Shown: one piece after another, positions 12,428 through 27,689 of the stretch
Layout of the letters: every line of letters begins with the position of its first letter
Position numbering within the stretch: the first letter of the stretch is position 1
Assembly (NCBI GenBank): GCA_051294375.1
Contig: CM119268.1
Coordinates: 2,067,486-2,131,485 of the forward strand
Length of the DNA stretch: 64,000 nt
Origin: Paraspadella gotoi
Lineage: Eukaryota > Animalia > Chaetognatha
Direction of reading: 5' to 3'
Position numbers and translations under genes: made by a program
Notes under the pieces: generated by a model
Told to the model about the DNA's origin: nothing
What the model saw: the letters and a program-made list of their open reading frames with translations, nothing else
The model's database searches: none

Positions 12428-14279
12428 ATGAGTAAGTCGTTTAAAATGAGAAGTTATTACAACTTTTTTAAAAAATATTCATCGCTAGTTTTTTTATTCT
12501 TTGCCCAGGCGGACCGCCCTCAGGATCAGGAACGAGCTCGGGTATGACTTAATGTTTATACAATATATAAGTTTTATTATTTATTTTATTTCTACCGACC
12601 AGGGAGCAAACGGAAAGAGATTTACAAATACGACGCGCCATGGACGGTGTACGCCATGAACTGGTCCATGCGTCCGGACAAACGATTCCGACTCGCCGTC
12701 GGCTCTTTTGTCGAGGAATACAACAACAAAGTGCAGATCGTTCAGGTCAGTAGTTGAGATTCATTCGTCTATAAAGTATAAAAACATCTTTCGTATCATT
12801 CAAACTCGCGTTACTCAATTGTTTTCTTTTCCCAGTTGGACGAAGACTCCGGAGACTTCTCATCCCGCGCCACCTTTGAACACCCCTACCCGACCACCAA
12901 GATCATGTGGATCCCCGACACCAAGGGGATGTACCCCGACCTCCTGGCCACCAGCGGAGATTACCTCAGAGTCTGGAAGGTCGGGGAGACGGAGAACCGA
13001 CAAGCGGAAGCAAGGTGAGACTAGGTCGACGTTTTTACCTCGAGTATTTTTTTATTTACCGACAAGTGACTACTCTCTCTCAGGTTGGAATGCCTCCTCA
13101 ACAACAACAAAAATTCCGACTTTTGCGCGCCGCTGACTTCCTTCGACTGGAACGAGGTGGACCCCAACATCTTGGGAACTTCCTCCATCGATACGACGTG
13201 CACCATTTGGGGTCTGGAGACGGGGCAGGTCCTCGGTCGAGCCAACATTGTATCCGGTGAGTTCGTATTCGTTTTCGTTATTTCCTTTATTTCATTTGAT
13301 TCATTTGATGTAATAGATGTAATAGACCCGGACCAATTTGACCTTCCGGTCTCCTCGCTCCTGTTGCTTTGTACGGTCAGTCTAAAGTCATTGCCAAAGC
13401 GAGGTCAAAGTGACCGTGGGGACTGACTGGCGCGGAAGAATGAGGAGAGAGGAAGGGTTTAGAGAGTAAGTCGTAAGTCGCCTCAATTCATTAATTTCTC
13501 TTATGTTTCTCAAAGGCCACGTAAAAACTCAACTCATCGCCCATGACAAGGAGGTTTACGACATCGCCTTCAGTCGGGCAGGAGGCGGTAAGTTAATTAA
13601 GATATTCAAACTAACAAACTAACAAATGATTTCAAGCTCTCTCGATCCGTCTTGCTTCTTAGGACGAGATATGTTCGCCTCCGTCGGCGCCGATGGATCC
13701 GTCCGCATGTTCGATCTTCGCCACCTCGAACACTCTACCATCATCTACGAAGACATGCAGCGTCAACCGTTGTTGCGACTCTGTTGGAACAAGCAAGACC
13801 CTAACTACCTGGCCACCATGGCCATGGACGCCGTCGAGGTTTGTTTCTCTCATCTCTGTCAAACCCGCGAATCCGTTGGTATTCATTTTCCTCGATTCCC
13901 GCAATTTCAAAGGTGATCATCCTCGACGTTCGAGTTCCCTGCACTCCCGTCGCGCGACTCTCCAACCACCGCGCATGCGTGAACGGCATCGCCTGGGCTC
14001 CTCACTCCTCTTGCCACATTTCAACGGCCGGCGACGACCACCAAGCGTTGATATGGGACATTCAGGTCAGCTGGAGCGGATCAATGTTTGACCGGACTTA
14101 AAAGAAGAGATTTATAGTTTATTTTCTTAAATCTCGATCAGCAAATGCCTCGCGCCATCGACGACCCTATCTTGGCCTACACGGCGGACGGGGAGATCAA
14201 CCAGATCCAGTGGGCGTCGACTCAGCCGGACTGGATCGCCATCTGTTACAACAAATCCCTCGAGATCCTTCGCGTTTGA
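12428..14279 (+). CDS. DCAF7: WD40 protein DCAF7/WDR68
   Basis: [89 protein letters not shown], ends LEILRV*. Confidence 0.97.
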
Positions 14280-14283
14280 GAAA

Positions 14284-14338
<55 letters not shown>

Positions 14339-14915
14339 CACGTCGATTTCTTTCCCATCGATGATATTCAATGTTCAATTGATCTATACAACGTTCATTT
14401 TGAATCTTCATTTGTGCATCTACTTTATTTTGATTCCATATTCCTCCGTCCCCTACATCGTTGACTCACTCGAGTCCGCCGCAATTACCCTCTTATTTTT
14501 TCGGTTTTGCCAAACTTTTAAAAGTTTTCATAATTCTAGGCTATTAAGTTATTGGTTTTGTGAAATTAGTTTTGTAGTTTTAGTAGAAACTTTAGGGATT
14601 TTTTTTTGTGTTTTTCGCGTTTCGGATGCTTTGTTTACGTAATGTTCATGGGTTCCTTCTCTTTTTATCCTCCCTTTTGCCCCTACTTCCCCTCCTATCG
14701 AAAAAAAAAAATTATTTGTTCATTTTTAGTTTCATAATATCGTCATCGTTCTGTTATTAACTCGAACCAATATGTACGTATCATTTAGTCCATCATCATC
14801 ATCAAATGTTTCCGCATAATCATCTCTTCATTATCTCCCATAACATCGCCGCCCAAAAGCTTCCTTTCTTTATTCAGTTCTTTGTTTATTGTGGCTTAAA
14901 CAATAAACAATAAAC

Positions 14916-15037
14916 ATGTCCACGGCGCAAAGCAACGCCATAACTCTTAAAGGGTCGACGGACATTGTCGCCGAATTTTTCTACTATGGAATTAACAGCA
15001 TATTGTACCAGGTGAAACTTTAGAATTGTCAGTTTCT

Positions 15038-15100
<63 letters not shown>

Positions 15101-15909
15101 CCTCCCTCTCCCTCCCCTCCCTACGAACGCAATCAAATTAATTACTCTCTCTTTCAGCGCGGCATATATCCAGCGGAGACATTTAGTCGCCAAGAAAAGT
15201 ACGGCCTGACTCTGTTAGTGTCGACCGATGAACAACTCAAAGTTTACCTCGACGCCGTCACCGTTCAGCTCAAGGACTGGCTGCTCAAAAAGACCGTCCA
15301 ACGGCTCGTCGTCGTCGTCAAGGTCTGCCTTTGATTTTTGGGGAAAGGAGGGAGAAGGAGGTGGAGGAGAAAGAGAAAGAAACATCTCTAATCTTTTGTC
15401 GATTCCCTCTCCAGTGCCTCGAGAGCAACGAGACTCTGGAGCGATGGCAGTTCGACGTCCACGTGGACAAGTCGATCACGACCGACTCCAAACCGAAGGA
15501 GAAGTCGCTCAAGGAAATCCGGAAGGACATCGGCGCCGTCATCCGGCAGATCACCGCGTCTGTCACATTCCTTCCCTTGTTGGATGTGAGCGGGGATCAA
15601 AAATAAAGATAGAAGTGGAACGGGAGGAAATTGACGAAATGAATTGAACAATATTAAATGTTAAAGCAATAAATGCTTGTAATGAACTCTCTTATTATTA
15701 TTATTAAACGCTCCTCTTTATCCTTCTCCCTCCAGACCCCTTGCTCTTTCGATCTTCTCGTCTACACCGACAAGGACCTGGAGGTTCCTGAGACTTGGGA
15801 TCTTTCGGACCCGCACTTTGTCCGAAACGCGTTGGAAGTGAAACTCAAGTCCTTTTCCACTTCTGTTCATCGCGTCGACGCCGCCGTTTCTTACAAAGAC
15901 ATCGACTGA
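14916..15909 (+). CDS. MAD2L1: Spindle checkpoint protein MAD2 (HORMA domain)
   Basis: ITLKGSTDIVAEFFYYGINSILYQ|RGIYPAETF..KYGLTLLV, ETLERWQFD, IRQITASVTFLPLL, CSFDLLVYTD, VKLKSFSTSVHRV. Confidence 0.96.
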
Positions 15910-16372
15910 CCGACCTAAATCGTCGACGGCCTTAAATAAATTACCGAATCCATTTCATAAAATATTTCCGCCTGTAACGGCTTCCCCATCGCTCCGTACT
16001 CACTTTTTTTCGTTATGTTCTTTCTTAAACATTGTTGAAAAAGCTATGTTATACCTTTTTTTTTTACAATTAGCTCGTTGTTTTTACAGAAAAGATGAAA
16101 GGTCGTAGCTTAGGAATCGGCGACGGGTCTTGCGATAGAAGGACTTGACAACCTCCAGCCAAAGTTCGACTGAAGCAGAGAGAGAGAGAGACAGAGACAC
16201 GAATATAAAGGAATGAATCCGGCCGAACGTCGTTTGGTCGACGCTTTTTCGGTTTCGAGGACAGCGGAGATTAGGACGGGAGCAGCCAGGGTTAAAAAAA
16301 AGTGACAGTGTCTGGACGGACGGACGGACGCAGCATGCGATTCGATGGGAAGGTTGCTTTGACGGATCCATC

Positions 16373-18315
<1,943 letters not shown>

Positions 18316-18980
18316 CTAAATGTTATCGCGCTTGTCAAGTTTCCACTTGCGTCATTCCCTGGCTTTACTTCATTCGCCGCATCGAATTTCAAGAGATCTC
18401 TTTTCATTTTTATCATTTTCTTATAGAATGTATTAATTCTAATGTCGAAGCGCTTATCACTTGTGATTTCTAACCGAGTTTATTTTCAACTCATTTATTA
18501 ATTCTCTTGGACTGAGAGGAATTTTTTAAACCAAATTGAAAAAAAAATACTAATGAAGCAATTTAACAGCAAGTTTTCCAACATTAATAAATCACCAAAA
18601 ATCTTTACAATATTAGAAATAATTGATCGCTATTGTCGCCTTGAATTTATGTCACACTCTAGTCCACACATCGGCATTGTCAAAGAATAAAGAACTACAT
18701 AGTACGAGTATAGATTGTAATTGATTATCCGCATACCGCAGTCGATTTTTAGCAGCGAGCGACTCTTGAGTTAGATCTTTCTCCTGTGACAAATAAGACA
18801 AAGGTAAGAATAAGAAAATCTCTTCGACAGGGGCGGAGGGGCGGCCCAAAACAAAAGCTCCATTTCCCAATGTCACCTCCTGAAATCTTCCCCGCGTCTC
18901 CAATGGTGACGTGGAAACGGCGTTAATGGAATCATCTCGCGGCTCCGTTGACTGAAAATTGTTTAAGGAGGTGCTCCATT

Positions 18981-19309
18981 AGGTTTAATAAAATAGTATT
19001 CAATAGATTCATTGAGGTTTAATAAAATAGCATTCAATAGATTCATTGAGGTTTAATAAAATAGCATTCAATAGATTCATTGAGGTTTAATAAAATAGTA
19101 TTCAATAGATTCATTGAGGTTTAATAAAATAGTATTCAATAGATTCATTGAGGTTTAATAGAATAGTATTCAATAGATTCATTGAGGTTTAATAAAATAG
19201 CATTCAATAGATTCATTGAGGTTTAATAAAATAGTATTCAATAGATTCATTGAGGTTTAATAAAATAGTATTCAATAGATTCATTGAGGTTTAATAAAAT
19301 AGTATTCAA
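18981..19309. repeat. 34-bp minisatellite, about 9.7 copies, intergenic
   Basis: Unit aggtttaataaaatag(t/c)attcaatagattcattg starting at 18981, 19015, 19049 ... 19287; no spacers. Confidence 0.97.
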
Positions 19310-19757
19310 GTTAGGCAAAAGTCGGAAATATCTTCATTAGTTAAGTTTCGTGCTCATTCAAAACAATTTGTTAGTAGCTTTTAATACAAAGATCGAAAAA
19401 AAAATGAACACAAATACAAGTGGGATATAAAAAAGTTATTGAAAATATTTTGTTTTAAATATAATTTTTATTTTTAAAATGAATATGCTAAATACTAACA
19501 GCAAATAAAGTATTGTTGAGATCTACAAAGGTTGTATTATAGATAAATATAAAAAATATTATTATAATACAATAATTGTTTTCTAATAAGTGTCATTAAA
19601 AATAAGAACGATCGAACGATCAAACGCGGAGATGAAAGTCAATTTCTTTTGACCAGGAGGCAAAAGAGCATCTGAGTCGTCAGGACTTTACTTGATCTTT
19701 ATTGACAAGCGTCCTTGCATTTACCTTCCAACTGAGTTTTTAGTCACCCTCGAACGA

Positions 19758-19793
<36 letters not shown>

Positions 19794-20041
19794 TTTCCAT
19801 TCAGAAAAAGCGAAATTTTTAGATATATTACCCTTTTCCCCTCAATTTTTATATTTACGCGATCAAATATTGGGTGAAAGTTCGGGCGTCTTATTTTCCC
19901 GCACGATATTTTTTGTCATAAGCGTAACTCAACTTTTCCGTCATCAGCTTACAGACATTGTTCCGCTCTCTAGTTTTTTTTTCTTCCGTAAATGGGAATT
20001 GATTGACGATCGATATTATCACTGAAAATCATTTCGGAATT

Positions 20042-21943
20042 ATGTCGACCAACCCTCCACCTTCACCACACCAGTTCGTCTCCGTCAATTTGCCCTCGGA
20101 ATCCGGCGCTTCCGCCCAAAATCCCTCCGGATCCGCGACCTCGACCAGTCAGTCTGCAAATTTAATCCGCCCAGGTGAAGGAAACGTCTTTGGAATTTGA
20201 CGATTCGGTAATAAATAGTTGCCTCCTTACCTATCAGCACTTCCCCAAAAAAGACAAAGAAAAGATCTCCCCTACGCCAGTCCGGATATATGGATGCAAA
20301 GGATAAAGCGGGATCTATCGGGTAAATTATTTCAAGCTTGGCAAGCTAATAGTTAATAATCATTATATTTTTCATTTTGTCTTCCAGAATTCTTCAGCGA
20401 TCCTCCGGATGGAATTTTTGTATTGACTCGTGACGCGGACATTACAAAAATCGACGCCGTCATCGTGGGTCCCTCCGAAACGCCCTACCAGGGCGGCTTC
20501 TTCCATTTTTTTCTCGAGTTCCCCAGGGATTACCCGTGGAACCCGCCCTTAGTTCGATTAATGACCACCGGAAACGGGAAGGTCGGTCTTTTATGATCAA
20601 ATGTGTTATTTTTGGAGGAAAAAAAATTATTAATATAATTACATTAATTTTCGAAGGTGCGGTTCAACCCCAATTTTTATAATTCTGGCAAAGTCTGCCT
20701 GTCGATTCTCGGGACTTGGGAAGGTCCGCGGTGGACACCCTCTCTGACAATATCGAGTCTGCTTTGCACTATTCGATCAATAATGACGAATAAGCCCCAC
20801 ACTAATGAACCCGGCTATGAGACAGTTCCAGGTATTTGTGTTGATTACATGCATCGTCTGCATCGTGGGACGACAAAACTCTCAGTAATTCTAAATTGAC
20901 TTTCTTTTCGTCGCCGGGTTAAAAAAGAAACGGATATGAGAGTGAGGGATTACGACAAGATCATCACGCACGAGACGCTCAGAGTCGCGGTTTGCGACAT
21001 GTTGGACGGCATAGCACCCTGCCCCTCACAACTTGTCAAGGATGTCCTCGAAAAGGAATTCTTGAAACATTTCGAGTATTATGCCAATGCAGGTAAGGGA
21101 GGTAAAAATTTTTTTTTTTCTTAATGTGGACGAACATATAGAACAAGCAACCTCGGTCAAACCTTAACAACCTGACCTCGCTCTGTTTCCCCCACACGGT
21201 TCTTTTTNNNNNNNNNNTAAAAAGAACCGTGCCCAGTTTGTGGTCAAAACGTTGACCTTTGTAAATACCATTGTAATAGACTTAGCGTCTGAGCATTTTG
21301 ACTGTTATTGTTTATAACCTTGTTGAAGAATAATTTATTCTATATGTTCGTCCACAGGGGGGGGATTTTATGAATCATATCAAAATTTTACTTTCGCCGA
21401 CCGGATTTTGAACAACCATCTCTCATTAAAATCAATGTCTCTCATCAGCCGAGAAGTTGAAATCAATGGACAAGACGAACATGCTAGATTTTCTCGGCGG
21501 CTGCTCGGGATCATACGACTTCACCGAAATCTTGTGTCGACTAAAACGAATTGAACGGCGATTGCTCTCGTCCACCGCCAGTGGAGACACCAACCCCGAT
21601 GCGCAGGTCATCGGCGCCTCAACTAACGAATACAGGTGGGAGCTACGTTTCCCTTTTTAGATATATATATTATATATATATATATAATCGAAATCCGTTG
21701 ATCTCCCCACCGTCACCCATTCATCTCTCCTTAAGCTCGGTTCATCAAAAGCTCGCCAATAAAGCAGGTGTCGCTTGGAACAGTAAAGATGAGGAGGAGA
21801 CGGAAGATACTCGAGACGATGTCGACGAAGAGTTGAATCTGACTATCCTCTCCGACGACGAACCTTATGAGAGTTACGAAGAGGAAGAAGACGATGACGA
21901 AGAAGAAGAAAAGCCGAAGAAAGATGGAAAGAAGGAGACATAG
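20042..21943 (+). CDS. UBE2Z: Ubiquitin-conjugating enzyme E2 Z-like
   Basis: RIKRDLS|[41 protein letters not shown]|[45 protein letters not shown]; acidic tail. Confidence 0.88.
21195..21231. mobile_element. TIR element collapsed around an assembly gap (CACGG termini, 4-bp TSD; Chapaev/CMC-like)
   Basis: ccca|cacggttcttttt N10 taaaaagaaccgtg|ccca: 13-bp perfect inverted ends flanked by a ccca duplication. Confidence 0.65.
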
Positions 21944-22819
21944 GGCGCTGAGTCCAACGCTTCGACTACCTGACAAAAGATTATCTCGTCTACTTTTTAC
22001 AATATTTTATCCGTTTTATCTTTTCCGTAATTCCCAAATCGTGGAGATGTTTATATTGCGTAGCATATTTGTGATGCGAGTAAAAATAGTATTAAATAGT
22101 ATTAAATTCAGAAGATCTCGGAATCGTTGGGATCTTAGTCATTTGTCAACTCGCCTTTTATTGCGTCTGTCGCTTTTAATTGTGTCAAAAGAAGACTGCG
22201 CCCTCGGTGGCGTGATCACTGATCACCCTTTGCTCTAAATTCCCTTCTAATTTGAAGTAAACTATTTTTTAACTGAAATGTTCCTTATCCGATTTTTACT
22301 TGGTTTCGTATGTCTTTGTATTATTAGATTTTAAAATAATGAAAACTTCGTCCATTGTCTGCAACCAAGAACCAAGCAGCTGAAAAAAAAAAACTTGCGA
22401 ACAACAGCTAACAATCAATCATTATTGATCTAGGACAGCTAAATCCAGTCAGGCAGACAATCTAACAGACTCATATTGAAATATGCTCAGGAGCTCGTCC
22501 AGTTAAAAAGTAGTTTAGTGGTTATACCAGCGGTAAAAACCTGTAATCCTTTGGAACGTCAAACATAAACTAAAGAAAATTTGTGGAAAACAGAAAACCT
22601 TTTGATTGTTGATCGACTGCTCAAGTTATTTCTGGAGACAGTTAAGGTGATATGTCAAAATATTTTACCCAATAAAGAATTATGCCAAATAGTTCATATT
22701 TCCATGTTTTATAATCAATAAGGCTTCCTTTCCTGGCAGCTCAAAATTTAGTTTCGTACTTAGCTTAACAAATCTTCTTATAATTTAAAAATAAAATCTA
22801 TTTCGGTTTTCTTTTTTCT

Positions 22820-25800
22820 TCATAAACTATTCAACCTTGGTTTGGTTTTGCCGCTCTGTCGCCGAGGATAATTCCAGTTGGTGGCTCTTTCCTCGTGATC
22901 TGGCGGCTCTTCCGGAATCTGTCATTGAGGGTTTCTCGATCATAGTTTTTAAATTTTCTGGTTGAGATTATCTATAAATGAATCTAATGCACCTGAAATT
23001 CGTCTTTAACTTCGCGAGTCGGTTCTTGATCCAAACTCCCGTGTGGAGAGTTTTGCTTAAAAGTAAAAGGTCAAATATTTGTTCAATGGACTCCTGTCAT
23101 CTCTAATTAGCCCCTTTTGTCAATATACCGTCCGAATCATCCCCATCACTCACCTTTTCCGATCTTTGCGAAAGGCGAACAGGTTCTTGCGGTTCAATCT
23201 GCGCCGAAAGGTGAGGTGGTGAAGTCGCCTCCGCCGCCTCTTGCGAGTGACGCGGCGACGTATGTTGTTCCTGCGGCGGCGACGCTAACGACGGGTTCGG
23301 CTGATCCTGCGGCACGGACAAATTGTAGCTGGCCCGATGTTGCGGCGGCGATGCAGCATGACCTTGATACGGCGGCGATGCAGCATGACCTTGATGCGGC
23401 GGCGATGCAGCATGACCTTGATACGGCGGCGATGCAGCATGACCTTGATGTGGCGGTGAAGCAGCATAACCTTGATGCGGTGGTGATGCAACTTGACCTT
23501 GATGAGGCGGCGAGGCAACATGACCCTTATGCGGCGGCGATGCAGCTTGACCATGGTGTGGCGGCGAGGCGGCATGACTGTGATGAGGCGGTGGCACTGT
23601 GTGACCTTGAGGTGGTGGCGCAGTGTGACTTTGAAGAAGCGGTGGCGCTGCGTGACCTTGATGCGGCGGCGATGCAACGTGACCTTGCTGCGAGGCCCGA
23701 ACGCGATTTGTTAGTGGGGCAGAAGGCGGTTCATGATATTGTGACGCCAGGTGCCCTGTATATTGGGGCGCTGACGAAATGGTGTCGGCATGAGAGGTCT
23801 GTGGCGCCGTGCGGTCCTGATGCTGTCGCGGTGTTTGGGTGATCGGCGGCGGCGCTTGACGCAGAGTCGAGTTTCGCGGCGATGGTCGTTGAAGGCGTTT
23901 CGGAGTGGTGACATCTCTGGATAGTGGAGAGAGAAAAGAAAGGTTGATAGGACACCAATTAGTTAATATCCCAGTCTCGTACCGGTCTCGAACACCGTGC
24001 CCTCCGCGTGCCGTTGGTCCCAGTCTCTCTGCCGCCGCTTCGGCTCGCACCCGCCGCTCGAGCCTCACCACTGCTGGGTCCGTCGAGTCTGCCCGCCCGC
24101 GCCGCAACCACGCCAGCCGCCGCTCTTCGTCGTCGGCGCAGGGTCGGTACCCGAGGCTGCAATGGTCGTTGCAATTCTCCTGGCCCGGAAAGAGGCTGGT
24201 CCCGGCGCCGCAGTCCCCGTCTTCGCAGGTGCACTCGGCGGAGATGCCGTCGCAGGTGCATTGCGGATACGCGGAGGTGACGAGGCGATAGTCGCGTCGA
24301 CGACTCTCGTCGGCCAAAACCTCGCGCGCGCTTTGGAGGTTAACCTGCAGCATCGACAGTTCCTTCTGCGTCTGTTCGAACGTCCCTGGAGCATTGACAA
24401 TAGTCAATTTTCTCCCAAATTTTACGAAACACCAAATAAAAGAGGCGGACCTTTGAGGTTGTGCAATTCGCTCTCAGCCCTCTCTTGCTTCGACCTTTGC
24501 AGCTCGAGCAGCTGGTCTTTTCGCTTCTCTCTGAGTGCCATGGATTAAACAATCAGATTATTGCTATTGTATTATATTTTGGTAGTTCAACGTTTTTACC
24601 GGCTGGGTACAAAAATATTTTCTATCTTACAATAGGATTCATTCAATCTGTTTACATAATGATTATTGAGTCTGTCAATCAAATTTCTATTTTTTCGAGT
24701 TTCTCTTTTCTCTGCGACTGGATTGAAAGAGTTTCGAAGATCGAGACCTTTCGAGGGACATTTCGTAGTCTCGACAACTCGTCTGCAGCTGATCCTTGCA
24801 TTTGTCGAAGGCGAGACACACTTCCTTATGGGCTTCGAGGAGCGAGGTGTAGTCCGTGGAGAGCTTCTGATAGTCGCGGGCTCCGTCGCAGTGTTTCGAC
24901 CTAGGAAGGTAATTGTATGGATTACGATCGTCATAACTGAGTTTGAAAGAGCGCGAGGGAAAAGTGAGAAAATAACCAGGCAGGTGACTAGTAAAGACTT
25001 ACTAGGAGTTTGAGCGCTGTTAATTTTTATCTTTATTCCTTTATTTCATTTTTTCCTTATTCAGTTATTGCCTTACTCTTATTTATTTCTCAGAGACCTC
25101 GAGTTAGATTTATCCTAACAGCCAGTGATTTTCTTTTTTTTTTCTTTTTCTTTTTTCTTTTTTTCTCTCTAACTTTCTATCTTTCGTTGGTTTTTTAATC
25201 TGTTTTTGTTTTTACACTTTCCCCAAGTTCCACCTGATAATACTTAAGAGCCTCTCTTCTTTTCTCTCTCTCTTTTCACACACCCGCTAAGGCATATACT
25301 AATTCTTACTTCCACTCGCAGCACTTCTTGTGCAGATCGTTTTCCGCCGCTCTGCTCTCTTTCAGCTGAATCTCCGCTTTTTTGTTCTTCGCCTCCAGCT
25401 CGGAAATTTCCGTCGTTTTTTGTATTAATTCTTGATCCTTTAATCTGGTTTTTAGCGCAGAACCATTGGTCAGCTAAGTTTATTATAATTTACATTTTAC
25501 AAATACAATAATTGATCCACAATTTTTTATAGTTCTGTCATTTCATTTTAATTCATTCTTCTAACCATCCCCGAATCGAAATAATTTCAAAAAGCGACAG
25601 AGCTCACCTCAAGTGCGTGATGTGCTCTTGTTCTTTTCCTTGCAACGTCCCGATGGCGATGCTAGAATCTTTGAGACTTAGACACAACGAGGCGTTCTTA
25701 TTCTCCGTGTCGTCCAACTTAAAAAAGATGACATTGCCGACACACAATTCCAATTCCAAATGACTAAGCCGTCAAACGCTACTCCCAAATGTGACTCTCT

Positions 25801-26936
25801 GGTTCGATCCCGAATCTCTCCCACCCCACGGGTCAACGTATAAACGTCAGCGGGCTGAGGTACCCACTGAGGGTCGGAAGCCCGTAGGCCAGTAAGTGAA
25901 ATGCATCACAGGCGATCTCTGCCGTTGCGGAAAGGTTTAAGTAAAATTTTCAGAAAAAAAGCGCAACTAGCGGTTTCGATGTTATCACCGTTTTCCTCAA
26001 ATTGTCGTTGGATTTTGATATGTCCTTGATTTTGTGGTTTGCCTCGTCCAGACAGTTCTGAGGGGGAAAAATTGAATCTATGTTCTAGAGAAATTACAGT
26101 CTTCTGAGACTTGTACCTCATTTTGCCCTTGACACTTCCTATTTTTTCTCTTCATTATGTTCATTAATAGTTATCTACATTGATCATCCTCATCATCCCA
26201 CCTGCAAATGCGTGTTCTCCTTCTCTAGCGTCATGCACTCTTGCGTCAAAGACCCAAGCCTTTGCGACATGACCTCCAAGTCGTCTTCCTGCTGAGCGCA
26301 TCTGTTCTCTACGTTCATCAGTTTTTGCTGTGTCGCTTCAAAGGCCGCGCTTTGCTTTTGATGCGTCTCCAGCAAAACGTTTAGTTCGCGGTCTCGATCC
26401 TGAACATGATCTTGAGCCATCGATCATCGTCATCATAATCATCTTAATGAAACGCTTGATTTGGAAAATCTGTCATCACTCACCAGTGATCATTGAACAA
26501 CCACCTGTCTTCTCTCCTTTCCACTATCGATATTCTCCCACGGATCACCCTAATGACCTGCAACTCCTCGATGAGCAGACCCAGCTCCCTCCTCTGTTTG
26601 TGGATAGTGGAGTTTTCTAGTTCTGAGGCGGCGCAGTCGATATCGCGGTTAACGACGTCGTCGCAGTGGAAGCCCATCGGGGAGGGCGGAGGGTAGTAGT
26701 TCCGCCCGACCTCGCCGCAAGGACCGTGGCCCAATTCGGCGCAGCTCTGGACAAAATAAAAGAACAACGAACGCTTTCCGGCGAGAGAGCCTTAAGACTT
26801 AACCAATAATGATAATCACTTGGGTGGAAATTCTATTGAAAAAAAAGTCACTAAATTTCTTGTTTCTTTGTCATCGCTCAGATCAAATCATTTATACCCC
26901 GCATCCAAAGTCGTTTCCTCCTCCGTAATCGCACAT
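22820..26936 (-). CDS. CCDC62: Coiled-coil protein CCDC62-like with extended Cys-rich and His/Pro-repeat C-terminus, multi-exon
   Basis: ELENSTIHKQRRELGLLIEELQ|DRDRELN and EKRKDQLLELQRSKQERAESELHNLK match recalled CCDC62 motifs; ORF 23103-24407 splices in frame to these exons. Confidence 0.8.
23340..23690 (-). repeat. 27-bp coding minisatellite encoding about 13 (HAASPPHQG)-type repeats
   Basis: Repeating gcggcggcgatgcagcatgaccttgat on + strand; seen in ORF 23103-24407. Confidence 0.92.
25761..25941. other. GC-rich structured intronic element, family B copy 2 (Pol III B-box-like motif on + strand)
   Basis: ggttcgatccc at 25801; cactgagggtcggaagccc..gcatcacaggc shared with reverse complement of 10551-10613; lies in a CCDC62 intron. 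Confidence 0.6.
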
Positions 26937-27689
26937 GATTATTTCGAACCTCCTTTCGGTTTCGTCTCTCGCTCTTTTTCAATTCGACCCGATGCTCAAA
27001 ACATTTCGCTCTTTATTTTGAGTTGGCGAAAGAACTCCGTTAAAAATCGAATATCGATAAAGGACGAAAGTAAACTGGCAAACTGAAATTTAATTTTCAA
27101 AATAGAATTGCTCGGCCGTGGGTAATTCAATTCTTTCATATAATAATTGTAATAAAAGGTTAAAAAAATACGGGGAAAAAATATTTATCTGCGCTCTTTT
27201 TCTGTATGGCAATGGGGAATTTGAGTTTAAAATTGTTTGCGATCTCAACGAGACGATCATAATTCCTTTTTCAGTATATTTTTATCCTAGTGACTTAAAA
27301 GTTTAGCCCTTCGACCAAATCGACTACATTCTCTAAAAATTTTCGTCTGACATGCTCAGTGAACCTAATTGAACGGACAACTCCCTTTTTTATATTTTTT
27401 CACTCGACTCTCGAAAAAGGCCTGTCTTTTTCAGACTCGAGCGGCGAAACCGATAATTCCCCCCAAGGATCCGGGCGGAGGATTCCGCCGATTCGCTCGG
27501 TCCCCGCAACGCCAACTCTGCGGCCGCCGCCGCGCCGCCGGAATCTTTTTTTTTTAACAAAAAGGTCACGCATTCGTCGACTCTTTCCTCGTTTTTGACT
27601 CTGGGAGTCGAAAAGGGTGGTGGTGGGGGTGTCACGAGGCTTCGCCCGGCGGGGAAAAGATATGCGACCGCGGCGGAGATCTGTGTCAA

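Noticed and set aside
13340-13365. HDV-like ribozyme suggested by ctcctcgct
   Set aside because: Flanks cannot form P3, and P1/P1.1 partners are missing
18981-19309. CRISPR array (34-bp repeats)
   Set aside because: Units are head-to-tail with no unique spacers, no cas genes, eukaryotic context
23117-23842. Independent 241-aa AAAMQHDLD repeat gene
   Set aside because: Antisense shadow of a stop-free 27-bp repeat in the CCDC62 exon
25775-25830. tRNA gene at ggttcgatccc
   Set aside because: No acceptor stem, D arm or anticodon arm could be built; kept only as a B-box-like motif
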